NCBI GenBank assembly: GCA_963817895.1
Contig: CAWFQB010000014.1
Span: forward strand, 448,001-512,000
Source: an uncultured Chthonomonadaceae bacterium
Lineage (GTDB): Bacteria; Armatimonadota; Chthonomonadetes; Chthonomonadales; Chthonomonadaceae
DNA length: 64,000 nucleotides
Direction: 5' to 3'
Both the position numbers and the translations under genes were made by a program. The notes under the pieces are model-generated. The model did not search any database. It saw only the letters and a list, made by a program, of their open reading frames with translations, and had not been told where the DNA came from. Of the stretch, positions 12,666 through 21,904 are shown piece after piece (position 1 is the stretch's first letter; every line of letters begins with the position of its first letter).

Positions 12666-15600
12666 TCAGCCAAAATAAAGGAGATCAGGCAATTTCTCCG
12701 TTAGGTTAATGAACCATTGCTCACCACGTACAGCGGTGAAATCAGAATCATTTTCTACATGCTTCTTCCCCATGTGCGGCAAACTAGGCAGCGCGAGATG
12801 CAACTCACTTCGGCATTGCTCTGCCTCACCCTTGCGGGCGTAGCAGCAGGCAAGATCATAGTGTGCGCCTGCAATTACCTGAGCGTCATACCAGGGCATT
12901 GTCAAGCACGTTTGCAGAACCTCTTGTGCCCGTTCGAGGTGGTTTAGCTGAAGTAGAATTTCGCCCCGTGTAGCATTCAAACGAACATTGCGTGGCATAC
13001 AGGCAATCTGTGCGTCGATTTCTTTGAGAGCCGATGTAAGTAGTTCCTCCTTACCCGGTTCCTGTATGTGTTGATGCCAACCATTCATTACGTTCTTGCA
13101 TGATCCGCTCGACAGCAGCTTCTGAACGGCTGCCTGTTCTCGCATCCAGCCCGAAACATACTCCGCTTGATTTGAGCGCAGACTCGCAATTGAAAGCGCA
13201 GGCGGGAAGTACCATGTTTCGGCAGCAACGCCATGTCCATTAACAATACTGCCGTTTTCCAGCCAATGATGCCGATCATGCACCCAGCCAATGCCACTGC
13301 ATATCCATTTTTCACAATCGGCGGCAGTGAAAGAAGGAGTATGCTGGAAAGCCCGGACGATATCTATTGCCACGCGATGCGATTGGCTGAGTAGATCGCT
13401 CTCAAACTCCAATGTGGGAACCTCAACCTTATCCGTGTCGCAGAAGGCGCTTAGGGTTGTGTATACGCCCTGATACTCATGCTTCAAGCGTGAAGCAGGC
13501 AGCCCGCGTATAGCTGTCAGCGCTTGATCACACACGCAGCGGCAATCTCGCAAGGACAATGCAACCGGTGAGAACATGGCGCGCAAGGTATGGCTGAGTA
13601 GAACCGCGCGCCAGTCCGTAGCGTCACATGCCCATTCCCATAATATAGGCACAGCATTCTCTTTGTTGACATGCGCGTGGAGCGTTTCCAGAATGGTTTC
13701 GGGCGCGCGGCGGATGTCCGCTTCCAGACTGCTTAACCTGGCCTCCGTCCCCAAGCTTCGGTTAGCCAGTAGTTCCGCGTAAGCAGGCGGAAGCAAGGCA
13801 GCCTCGCGCAGCGCATACAAGAACAGATCACGGTCACGAGAGATATTTCCCTCAACATTGATATGCTTCGCACAAACGTCACCAGCCTGTTCGATGATCT
13901 CCGGCGTGATACGCCTGGTGTGTACAAGCGCAGTGCAGAAACGCAACAAAGGCCAATCCGGGGGCAGTGCGGCTACAATAGCTGCGGGATTGTCCACGTA
14001 AGGCGCGCAAGCGCACAGCCAATCTGTCGCCAAGTTCGTTACCCTAAACTGCCATTCGGATGGACTTCCATCAGCAGGATGAATGTTGTATTCTGCGTCT
14101 TCTCTAGCTGTCTGGCATAACAATCTGTACCAATCTGTAAATAGTGAATGGGTGGCTATTTGACTCGCGAAGCGTCCACAAGTTTCCAGTGTCTGCACAT
14201 ACAGGAAATTATGGTTTGTTTCCAATGCGAGATGGTGAAAAATCATCGGTGCCTCGGCTGCCGCAGCGGACATGCCTCCGATGTCCAAAGCGATCCGCGC
14301 AAGAACCGCAACAGACGCACTGTAGGCAGCAAAAGCCCTGTTCTTATTTTGAATGTCCTCGTATAATGGCCCAGATAACTCTTCCAGCACACTTCTCGCA
14401 TGAGCATCATGGGGAACTTGGCTGGCGTACTGCCACCATGTGAAAGCTAACAACTCATTGAGCAAGGTTCGCGCGGAGCCGAAAGCTGTGTCAAGCCTGC
14501 CGGGGAGCATATTACCAACAAGGGCTGGACGGATACAAGCAATGTGTGCCAACAGTGTCAACGCAATGCCACACGCCCTTGTGTGCAGCATATTGCCCTT
14601 CTGTATAGCCTCAATTACAGATTCGGGATCACTTTCTGTGTAAAAGTACAGTAATCGAGACACGTCACCAACAACAGCTTGCTCCGTACCTGCCTGATGA
14701 AAGACAACTTCCTTGATATGCTCGGGGCGTCCCTCGGCGACGGGCAACAAGGCACGTGCAGCGGCTTGACGTGTCCAGAGGTTCTCATCACCAAGTTCCT
14801 GTACCAACACGGGAATGTCTGCTCCATTTCCAAACAGCGCCACGCGCCCCCGGATTGCATCAATCTCATAGCCCAAGGTTTCACGCACGTCCATGCGTTC
14901 GGGTTTGCGTGGCGACACGTAACGGCTTTGAAACCAGGCAAGAATCCAGTGTGCAGTTGCAGCAGCCTCAGCATGGCTGACAGCTTGCAAAGGCTGAAGT
15001 GCGCCACTCAGGTAACGTGCTTGCTCTCTGTTTTCGGAACTCATCATGAAGCCAGAGGGTCGCTGTAGATCGCGCCTCAGTCGCAGCAGCATTCGTCGCT
15101 TGACCCAAGAAGGAGCAATCTCCAGAGCAGCGCTCAAGGCAAATTGGCCTTTTAGAGCCTGCGTTTCTTTCTCGTCCGCATACAGTGTTCCAATCCAAGC
15201 GCGGGCGTAACTGGAATGTCCCGCCATAGCCCCCAAAGCGCGCATGGCGTTCCATGTGGAATAAGTTTCGTCACGATTAGACCAGGCGGTTAGCATAGCT
15301 GGAATACGCCAGTCGTCTCCCTGACGCTGCGCCAACCCCTGCGCCAGAGCGCTTAACCAACGAGAATCGCACTCCAGAACATGTCCAGCCCATTTCACTG
15401 CATCCGGTTCCACTGTTTCGATAGCCTGACGCACCAGTGCTGTCATTATGCCGTCGTCCAGCCCTGGCTCCATTTCAGCAAGCACATCTTCGTTCTGCGA
15501 CATGCGACCGGCCAGCCAAAGTGCCGTCAGTCGGTCGCCGAATTGTGGATTGGCATACACAACAGCACCCACCGGAGCCTTAATGTCTGCTGTGCGCGTG

Positions 15601-17786
15601 AGGATATCCTCAGATTGCAGGGCGGGCAGGACTTTCCGCCCAAATCCGGCAAGAACACCATCTATGGATTGAACAAGCTCTCCAGAGGGCTTTCCTACTC
15701 GACGGGCATGCCACATTTCAGCCGCCAGCAGCTTACTGAGATCATCAATTTCGTCTGGTTCACAGGCGGAGCGACGTGCAACTTCGTTGAAACGATATTG
15801 AGCTTCCTCATCTAACAGCACATCAACATCGACAGCTACTGGTGTTTTGACGTTGCCGCCGGAGAGATACTGGCGGATGTAAATCTTCAACAAATATGGA
15901 TTACGCAATGCTGCAAACGCGGAGTGTCGTAGTGCAAGGGCGATTTTGTCTACATCGGAAGAAGCGGGAAGCCGACATACAAGCATAGCTTGCATTTCAC
16001 TATCGGATAATCGGGTAAGTTCGTAAGAGTATAACCGAGACTTGTCCAGCTTGTTTGTCTTATCTGTATTGTCCGGCTTGTCTGTGTTATCTGTCTGTTC
16101 CGGCGTGATTACATGCCGGAACAGGTAAGGCGCAAGGCGCTTGCCCTGCGACAGTCGTTGCCAAACGCCGGATCGGACGGACAGCGCCAGCTTTATGCCT
16201 CGATGTTGCGCTTCTTGACACAGAACTTCTAGTTTATCTTCAAAGGCAGCGGGATCGCTTGAAAGTAGAACCTCATCGGCAATAAGAACAAACGTCTCAT
16301 GTAATGTATCCGACGCTATACCCTTTAGCTGCTGGAATAATTCCTCTGCCGTCGCGTCCGGACGTGTCACGCCGGATAGTGATTCACGGATTAGATCAAC
16401 CAAGGAGCGGCATTGTTCAAGTTGAGTTCCGCGTATCAGCAAGCGTACACTGTTATTGAGTCTCTCTGCGGCTTCGGCATAACATTCCCACGACTTGCCA
16501 CAGCCGCTATTGCCAATAAGGACAAACAGAGGGCGGTCACTTTTTCGGAATTCCTCAAAAGTGGCGGCAAGATCAGACCGAGAAACATACAATTCAGCCC
16601 GCCAGTCACTCGGCAGTGAGCGTTCCACCTGTTGCTGACATGCCTGAAGAGCATCATCGAGAGGAGGTTTGCGCACCATTGACGTTCCTGAATCCGAGAT
16701 GGCATTCGCTTCTTCGTTGCAGGGCAGCTCCGAAGGAGTGAAAACCTGTGTTACGGCCTCTCTTTTCACAGGCTGAATCAATTCAGGGAAAAAGTTAGGG
16801 TTTTCCAAGCAAAATCGCAACAGACTTACGGATGCGGCAGCAGCTTTTTTCTGCCAACCGTCACCTTTGCCTACACCCCAGTCGCAGATGCCTTTGGCGA
16901 ATAGAAACCATGCCTGCCCCTCTCGCTCCTTGTTGGAGTAGGAGAGCACGCTGGTTCCTAATCCATGCCCTTCCATATCCAGCCCGATAGCGTCCTTGTA
17001 TTCCGCACGGAGTTCCTCGCGTCGGTTGAAGTGATTAAGAAGTTCGTCCCCCGAAATGACCAGTCCACTATGAACACGGCAGCGGCGAGAACCGTAGTCC
17101 GCCTCGGGTGCTGTCTGCTGCCACTCTTTCGCATGTTCAAGTAAAAGATTAAGACGGTCACGGTTGGCAGCAAACCGCCCGCCTCGATTCTCAGTGCGGT
17201 CTACTTTGGTTGCCCGAAAATTATGTTGCCACAGACTGGAAGCAACCAAGATGTCACCTATTTGCTGGGTGGAGGCTGAATCATCCGTCTCAGGAGTCAT
17301 ATACTTCGGCAAGACTATCGTCTTATTTTTGGTTTTCAAGGTTGCACGAAGCAACTCCGCAATATGTAATGGCAGTTCGCTCTGGTTGCTCGGGCTGAAG
17401 TACTTTTCTAATTCTTCGCAGGCAATGGTGGTTTTATCAGAGGCGCTTCTTTTAAGGCCACACGCGATGCCAGGCATAAGTACATAAAAGGATTGTGAAC
17501 CACCAGTCCCTCGCAGTTCTGCGAGTGCAGCAGTGATCTCTGTCGCTGCATTCATACCAGCCTGTCCGCACATCAAATGAGCCGCCAGGTACTTGCCGAA
17601 GTAACCGAAGCGGTACTGCTGGTAAAGTGGAATTATCTCCTCTACGAATGGTTCAGCGTCAAGTACCACGTTGACGGCATCTGCCTCTACCTGCATGGCC
17701 GTTACAATTAGAACGTTGACCCTCTGCCTCAGTTCGTCAAACTCTTTTTTGCTGATTGATCGAGTCATTGTGCTTGTCCCTGACAA
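12666..17786 (-). CDS. NLR-like (Avs/STAND-type) protein: PNP/MTA-nucleosidase effector + P-loop NTPase + helical/TPR C-terminus
   Basis: PNP motifs (LIVTAMQVE, MPGIACG, IGDILVAS, GLDMEG, KGICDWG); Walker A GNSGCGKS; Walker B FVLIADE; terminal TPR (YDLACCYAR...NDSDF). Confidence 0.85.
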   Translation of the reverse strand: MSGTSTMTRSISKKEFDELRQRVNVLIVTAMQVEADAVNVVLDAEPFVEEIIPLYQQYRFGYFGKYLAAHLMCGQAGMNAATEITAALAELRGTGGSQSFYVLMPGIACGLKRSASDKTTIACEELEKYFSPSNQSELPLHIAELLRATLKTKNKTIVLPKYMTPETDDSASTQQIGDILVASSLWQHNFRATKVDRTENRGGRFAANRDRLNLLLEHAKEWQQTAPEADYGSRRCRVHSGLVISGDELLNHFNRREELRAEYKDAIGLDMEGHGLGTSVLSYSNKEREGQAWFLFAKGICDWGVGKGDGWQKKAAAASVSLLRFCLENPNFFPELIQPVKREAVTQVFTPSELPCNEEANAISDSGTSMVRKPPLDDALQACQQQVERSLPSDWRAELYVSRSDLAATFEEFRKSDRPLFVLIGNSGCGKSWECYAEAAERLNNSVRLLIRGTQLEQCRSLVDLIRESLSGVTRPDATAEELFQQLKGIASDTLHETFVLIADEVLLSSDPAAFEDKLEVLCQEAQHRGIKLALSVRSGVWQRLSQGKRLAPYLFRHVITPEQTDNTDKPDNTDKTNKLDKSRLYSYELTRLSDSEMQAMLVCRLPASSDVDKIALALRHSAFAALRNPYLLKIYIRQYLSGGNVKTPVAVDVDVLLDEEAQYRFNEVARRSACEPDEIDDLSKLLAAEMWHARRVGKPSGELVQSIDGVLAGFGRKVLPALQSEDILTRTADIKAPVGAVVYANPQFGDRLTALWLAGRMSQNEDVLAEMEPGLDDGIMTALVRQAIETVEPDAVKWAGHVLECDSRWLSALAQGLAQRQGDDWRIPAMLTAWSNRDETYSTWNAMRALGAMAGHSSYARAWIGTLYADEKETQALKGQFALSAALEIAPSWVKRRMLLRLRRDLQRPSGFMMSSENREQARYLSGALQPLQAVSHAEAAATAHWILAWFQSRYVSPRKPERMDVRETLGYEIDAIRGRVALFGNGADIPVLVQELGDENLWTRQAAARALLPVAEGRPEHIKEVVFHQAGTEQAVVGDVSRLLYFYTESDPESVIEAIQKGNMLHTRACGIALTLLAHIACIRPALVGNMLPGRLDTAFGSARTLLNELLAFTWWQYASQVPHDAHARSVLEELSGPLYEDIQNKNRAFAAYSASVAVLARIALDIGGMSAAAAEAPMIFHHLALETNHNFLYVQTLETCGRFASQIATHSLFTDWYRLLCQTAREDAEYNIHPADGSPSEWQFRVTNLATDWLCACAPYVDNPAAIVAALPPDWPLLRFCTALVHTRRITPEIIEQAGDVCAKHINVEGNISRDRDLFLYALREAALLPPAYAELLANRSLGTEARLSSLEADIRRAPETILETLHAHVNKENAVPILWEWACDATDWRAVLLSHTLRAMFSPVALSLRDCRCVCDQALTAIRGLPASRLKHEYQGVYTTLSAFCDTDKVEVPTLEFESDLLSQSHRVAIDIVRAFQHTPSFTAADCEKWICSGIGWVHDRHHWLENGSIVNGHGVAAETWYFPPALSIASLRSNQAEYVSGWMREQAAVQKLLSSGSCKNVMNGWHQHIQEPGKEELLTSALKEIDAQIACMPRNVRLNATRGEILLQLNHLERAQEVLQTCLTMPWYDAQVIAGAHYDLACCYARKGEAEQCRSELHLALPSLPHMGKKHVENDSDFTAVRGEQWFINLTEKLPDLLYFG

Positions 17787-17862
17787 TTATGTTCGTACCA
17801 CATAGCCTATGGGCGAGTGAATGAAATATTAATCCGCATCTTGTTTGCGTATAAACCTGCAA

Positions 17863-18501
17863 TCAGTCCTTCGATTTTGCAATGTCCCGTAACAGTTTTA
17901 TGCGCGTATCCATCCGTTCTCGAAGGTCGTCGAACGTCATACAGCTCACTTTGTTCGCGTTGATGGAAACCTTCTGCGTACGCCAATGAAGCCGTTCTCG
18001 CATTGTATTGTCAAGGTATTTACTTCGCCCAATGAGCAGCAATCCTGAAAAACTGTGCAGTTCGCCGCCAAAGCGCTTGCGGAAATCAATGTTGCCCCGG
18101 TACATATCAAGCGCCCAAAACCAGTCTATTAATTGTGAGTAGCCGTGTTCAAAGCGGCGTCCCCACTCATCATGGTATTTGTCCCCACTGCCGAAAACGC
18201 TATAACGACGCGCATCTTCTATTTCCACCAGTACGAATTCGCCACTCTGCGAATGCCCCGCCGCCCAATCGCAGCGGAAGTTGCCGAAGAGATCAAGTTC
18301 AAACCCGAACAAATCTATCTCCTCGATACGCAGGTTCCAGGAGGCGGCAAATGTGGCAAGATGAGGCCGTGACCCAAAGAAAGGCAACAGGTCGTTCTTT
18401 TCCGAAAGTTCATCCTTGCTGTCCAGAAGCGCGCCGAATTCTGCAAGTTCCTGCTCGCACTGGTCAAGCGAAAACTGAAACTTCGAGAGTTCCTTGCTCA
18501 T
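17863..18501 (-). CDS. Shedu-like (DUF4263) anti-phage nuclease
   Basis: E-L-D-L..FRCDW...FVLVEIEDA...FEHGYSQLIDW...LLIGRS...MTFDDL matches the DUF4263 PD-(D/E)xK pattern. Confidence 0.8.
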   Translation of the reverse strand: MSKELSKFQFSLDQCEQELAEFGALLDSKDELSEKNDLLPFFGSRPHLATFAASWNLRIEEIDLFGFELDLFGNFRCDWAAGHSQSGEFVLVEIEDARRYSVFGSGDKYHDEWGRRFEHGYSQLIDWFWALDMYRGNIDFRKRFGGELHSFSGLLLIGRSKYLDNTMRERLHWRTQKVSINANKVSCMTFDDLRERMDTRIKLLRDIAKSKD

Positions 18502-18770
18502 CCATATCTCTCAGCGAAGCGCCTGTTGAGTATGTCCAGGACAGTGATACTGTCTTGACCAACAGTAAACGCTACCAGCAAATCATTTCCAGTCCGAAGC
18601 ACATATGTGGGGTTCTCCTCCGTTATGTCCTTAAGTCGGGCAATGTTGGGGTCCGACAACCCACATTCGGCCAGCATGTGAATGCGGGTGAGTACGCGAT
18701 TGCGCTCTTCTGAATCCAGAGAACTGAGCGCATCTTCAGCTTGTGGATAATAGTGTATGGAATATGACAT
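18498..18770 (-). CDS. RelE/ParE-fold protein with no adjacent antitoxin
   Basis: YSIHYYPQAEDALSSL...YVLRTGNDLLVAF...ITVLDILNR has RelE-like spacing; its stop overlaps the Shedu start. Confidence 0.6.
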   Translation of the reverse strand: MSYSIHYYPQAEDALSSLDSEERNRVLTRIHMLAECGLSDPNIARLKDITEENPTYVLRTGNDLLVAFTVGQDSITVLDILNRRFAERYG

Positions 18771-18807
18771 TGTTTTACTTTCCAAGAACGTTCCCTGCCC
18801 TCGATTC

Positions 18808-18816
18808 ATTATACCA
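18808..18816 (-). promoter_or_regulatory. Extended -10 promoter (TGGTATAAT) for the defence cassette
   Basis: Minus-strand TGgTATAAT lies between the hyi stop and the RelE-like start, inside a CTGCCC/GGGCAG inverted repeat. Confidence 0.5.
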
Positions 18817-18845
18817 TTTCGGGCAGAGAGGTTTGTTCACATCCT

Positions 18846-19604
18846 TTACACGTCACATGCCTCGTAAGCCTGCTCCAATGCTGCAACCGGTTCGCCCTTT
18901 GGCGTGAACTCCTGCCCCACATAGCCGTCGTAAGCGGTGGCGGCAATGGCGCGGCAGATGGCGGGATAGTAGAGTTCCTGGTTCTCGTCGAGTTCGTTGC
19001 GCCCCGGATTGCCTGCCGTGTGGAAATGCCCGATGTATTCGATGTTGTCGCGCAGGGTACGAATGACATCGCCCTCCATGATTTGCATGTGGTAGATGTC
19101 GTACAGCACTTTTACGCGGGGCGAGTTGACCAGTTTGCACACGTCCACGCCCCAGGCAGTGTGGTCGCACTGGTAATCGGGATGATTCACTTTGCTGTTG
19201 AGCAGTTCCAGCACGAGGGTAACGCCCGCCTGCTCTGCAGCCTTCGCCACCCGGCTTAACCCTTCCGCCGTATGCTCAATCCCCGCCGCGTCGGGCAGGC
19301 CGTTGCGGTTGCCGCTGAACACGATCAGGGCGGGAATGTGCCACTTCACGGCGAGTTCCAGATTGGCGTTGAGTTCCGATTCGATGCGGTCATGGTTTTC
19401 GCGCCGGTTCAGGCCGTCGCCGAGCGACTTATGCCCGCCCATTGTGATGATCTGCAAACCGCCATCGGTAATCTGCGGCCACAAATCTTCCGGGGCCATC
19501 TCCACGCCCGCGTAGCCAATACGCTTCGATTCTTTGATAAGGGTTTCCGCGCCCACCTTGTTCGCCAGCGCCCACCACGCGAGCGATTGCTTGATTGCTG
19601 CCAT
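18846..19604 (-). CDS. hyi: Hydroxypyruvate isomerase family TIM-barrel protein
   Basis: LVLELLNSKVNHPDY, KVLYDIYHMQIMEGD, HFHTAGNPGRNE, GYVGQEF. Confidence 0.88.
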   Translation of the reverse strand: MAAIKQSLAWWALANKVGAETLIKESKRIGYAGVEMAPEDLWPQITDGGLQIITMGGHKSLGDGLNRRENHDRIESELNANLELAVKWHIPALIVFSGNRNGLPDAAGIEHTAEGLSRVAKAAEQAGVTLVLELLNSKVNHPDYQCDHTAWGVDVCKLVNSPRVKVLYDIYHMQIMEGDVIRTLRDNIEYIGHFHTAGNPGRNELDENQELYYPAICRAIAATAYDGYVGQEFTPKGEPVAALEQAYEACDV

Positions 19605-19634
19605 TGCTTTCTTTTTCTCCTCTGCTTCGAGTAT

Positions 19635-21152
19635 TTAAGCCAACACGAGAGTCAGTTTTGTCACGGATGCCGGAGTCAGCGTCAAATTGCCTAAAATGCC
19701 TTCGGGATTCGCGCCTTTCCATTCCTCGGCTCTTACATTGTCCGGTTCGTCGTGGGTGTTGTGCGCGTGAATGTCGCCTTTCGGGTAGGCAAGCGTGGTC
19801 ATGGCCTCGAAACTCGCCTGCCCGCCACCGAAAAGTTTTAAGTCAATGGCCGCTTCCTCCGTCGCGCTTGTGTTGGTCAGGGTCAGGGTCAGCGTGTTGC
19901 CTTTCACGCTTGCCGAACCGGATACGACAGGCAGTTTTTGCGCTTTGCCGTTCACGGTCACGTCCACAGTGGGCGTGTCGCACAGCAACCGGACGGCCTG
20001 CCCGTTATGATGATCCTTGTACATGTGGTACACATGGTACGTCGGGGTTTTCAGCATTTTGTCGCCGTCTGTCAGCAGAAGGGCTTGCAGCACGTTGATG
20101 GTTTGCGCGATGTTTGTCATCACCACTTTATCCGCGTGGCGGTTGAAAATGTCGAGCGTGAGCGAAGCTACAAGCGCGTCCCGAACCGTGTTCTGCTGCC
20201 ACAAGAACGCGGGATTATGGCCGGGAGTTGCCGGGTGCCACGTTCCCCACTCGTCCACGATAAGGCCGATTTTGCGGTCAGGGTCGAAGGCATCCATGAG
20301 GGCGCGCTGCTGAACGACAAGCGGCTCCATCTGTATCGCTTTCCACAGCAGTTCGTACCATTGCGCTTCCGTGTACTCGGTTGCCGTGCCTGCCGTGCCG
20401 CAGTAGTAGTGCGCGGCGTAGCCGTGAACGGGCGGATGATGCCCGTGATCTTTTTTCAGTTTGGTGAAGAAGCGGCGCGTCCAGTCCAGATCGTTGGTGT
20501 TGGGGCCGCAGGCGATAAGGTACAGAGGGTCCGCGCCCCAGTTGCGCAGATAGGTGGCGAACCGGCGGTACTCCGTGCCATAATCTTCGGGCGTGAAATG
20601 CCCGCCACAGCCCCAGTTTTCGTTGCCCACACCCCAGTAGCGGACATTGTACGGCGCGTCCTGCCCATTCGCCCGCCGCTGTCTAGCCCATTCGCTGTCG
20701 CCGGGAAAATTGCAGTATTCCACCCAATCGCGCATTTCGCGGGGGCTGCCGCTGCCTAAATTGCCGCAAAAGTACGGCTCGGCCCCGACAGCGCGGCAAA
20801 AATCCATGAACTCATGCGTCCCGAACTCGTTGGTTTCAATCACGTCGCCCCAGTGAATATTGATACGGCGCGGACGTTTTGCGCGCGGTCCCACCCCGTC
20901 AATCCAGTGGTAATCATCCGCGAAGCAGCCCCCCGGCCAGCGAATGAGGGGCGCTCCCACCTCCTTCAAAGCGGCAACCACATCGTTGCGGACGCCGCCC
21001 GTATGGGAAATAAGCGACTCGGTTCCCACCCAGCAACCCTCGTCTATGCAGCCGCCCAGATGTTCCATAAAGTGGCCGTAAATGTTGGGGTTGATGGTTC
21101 CTATCGGCTCGTTGACAAGCACATTGACGGCAATCGTTGGCATATTCGGCAT
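19635..21152 (-). CDS. abfA: Alpha-L-arabinofuranosidase (GH51)
   Basis: IYGHFMEHLG, IRWPGGCFADDYHW, WGVGNENWGCGG, LIVDEWGTW, NIAQTINVLQ; start at 21152 has an RBS. Confidence 0.95.
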   Translation of the reverse strand: MPNMPTIAVNVLVNEPIGTINPNIYGHFMEHLGGCIDEGCWVGTESLISHTGGVRNDVVAALKEVGAPLIRWPGGCFADDYHWIDGVGPRAKRPRRINIHWGDVIETNEFGTHEFMDFCRAVGAEPYFCGNLGSGSPREMRDWVEYCNFPGDSEWARQRRANGQDAPYNVRYWGVGNENWGCGGHFTPEDYGTEYRRFATYLRNWGADPLYLIACGPNTNDLDWTRRFFTKLKKDHGHHPPVHGYAAHYYCGTAGTATEYTEAQWYELLWKAIQMEPLVVQQRALMDAFDPDRKIGLIVDEWGTWHPATPGHNPAFLWQQNTVRDALVASLTLDIFNRHADKVVMTNIAQTINVLQALLLTDGDKMLKTPTYHVYHMYKDHHNGQAVRLLCDTPTVDVTVNGKAQKLPVVSGSASVKGNTLTLTLTNTSATEEAAIDLKLFGGGQASFEAMTTLAYPKGDIHAHNTHDEPDNVRAEEWKGANPEGILGNLTLTPASVTKLTLVLA

Positions 21153-21514
21153 AATCGGCTGACTCTCCCTAAGTGAAATTTTGGATATACTCCCGCTGTA
21201 TTTCAACTGAGGGCAGGCGAGTTCCTGCGTTGTTTCTGCCTGCAACACGCATTTTTGCCGGAATACGAGGCTGGTATCGTAACGCTTATTCTCAATAAAT
21301 GGGATGCAGACAGGAAAAAGGTCGGCTGTATGTTTGTATACATAGCCGACCATAAATTTAACGATATAATTTTTCCTATGTTTTTGGAACTATGCGCCCC
21401 CGTTTACGTGAATAACTGCGAGGCCCCGATACGTCTCGCATGGAACGTTCCAAAAGCATTAAGCATTAAGCATTGAGAGGGTAATCTTTCTGCTTAACGC
21501 TTGACGCTTTCGCA

Positions 21515-21904
21515 TTAGCCCTCAATCCTCACCGCGGAATACCCGTTTCTCAACGTTAAAAACCACGTATGACGGCGAAGTTCCGCCTGTTCCGTAAACT
21601 GTACGCCGCACTCGTACCAGGTTATGCCCGCTTCTTCCACAAGATGCTGCCGCACAATGCGCGCCCTTCCTACCCGCAACGCCGTATCGTGTGGCGGATG
21701 AATCAGGATTTCGCTGCCGCAGGGCATGCATACAGCCATGCGCAGTTTCAATCCCTTGCGGCTGATGTCCACGCAGGGACATTCGTAAATTCCCATCTGT
21801 GGATGTTCCACTCTCAATGTTTTGGCAATGCACTTCTGGCGCAATGCGTCGCGCCGATCATCATCCAATGCGTTGATTATATCTTTTTCGGCTGTAAGCG
21901 TCAT
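21515..21904 (-). CDS. Stand-alone PilZ domain protein (c-di-GMP receptor)
   Basis: RxxxR (RDALR) and DxSxxG (DISRKG) motifs; start overlaps the subtilase stop. Confidence 0.85.
   Translation of the reverse strand: MTLTAEKDIINALDDDRRDALRQKCIAKTLRVEHPQMGIYECPCVDISRKGLKLRMAVCMPCGSEILIHPPHDTALRVGRARIVRQHLVEEAGITWYECGVQFTEQAELRRHTWFLTLRNGYSAVRIEG

Noticed and set aside
8338..19090. hyi repeats as a DGR template/variable pair or an assembly duplication
   Set aside because: No reverse transcriptase is present and the differences are not adenine-specific; they are largely synonymous and too numerous for an assembly artefact.
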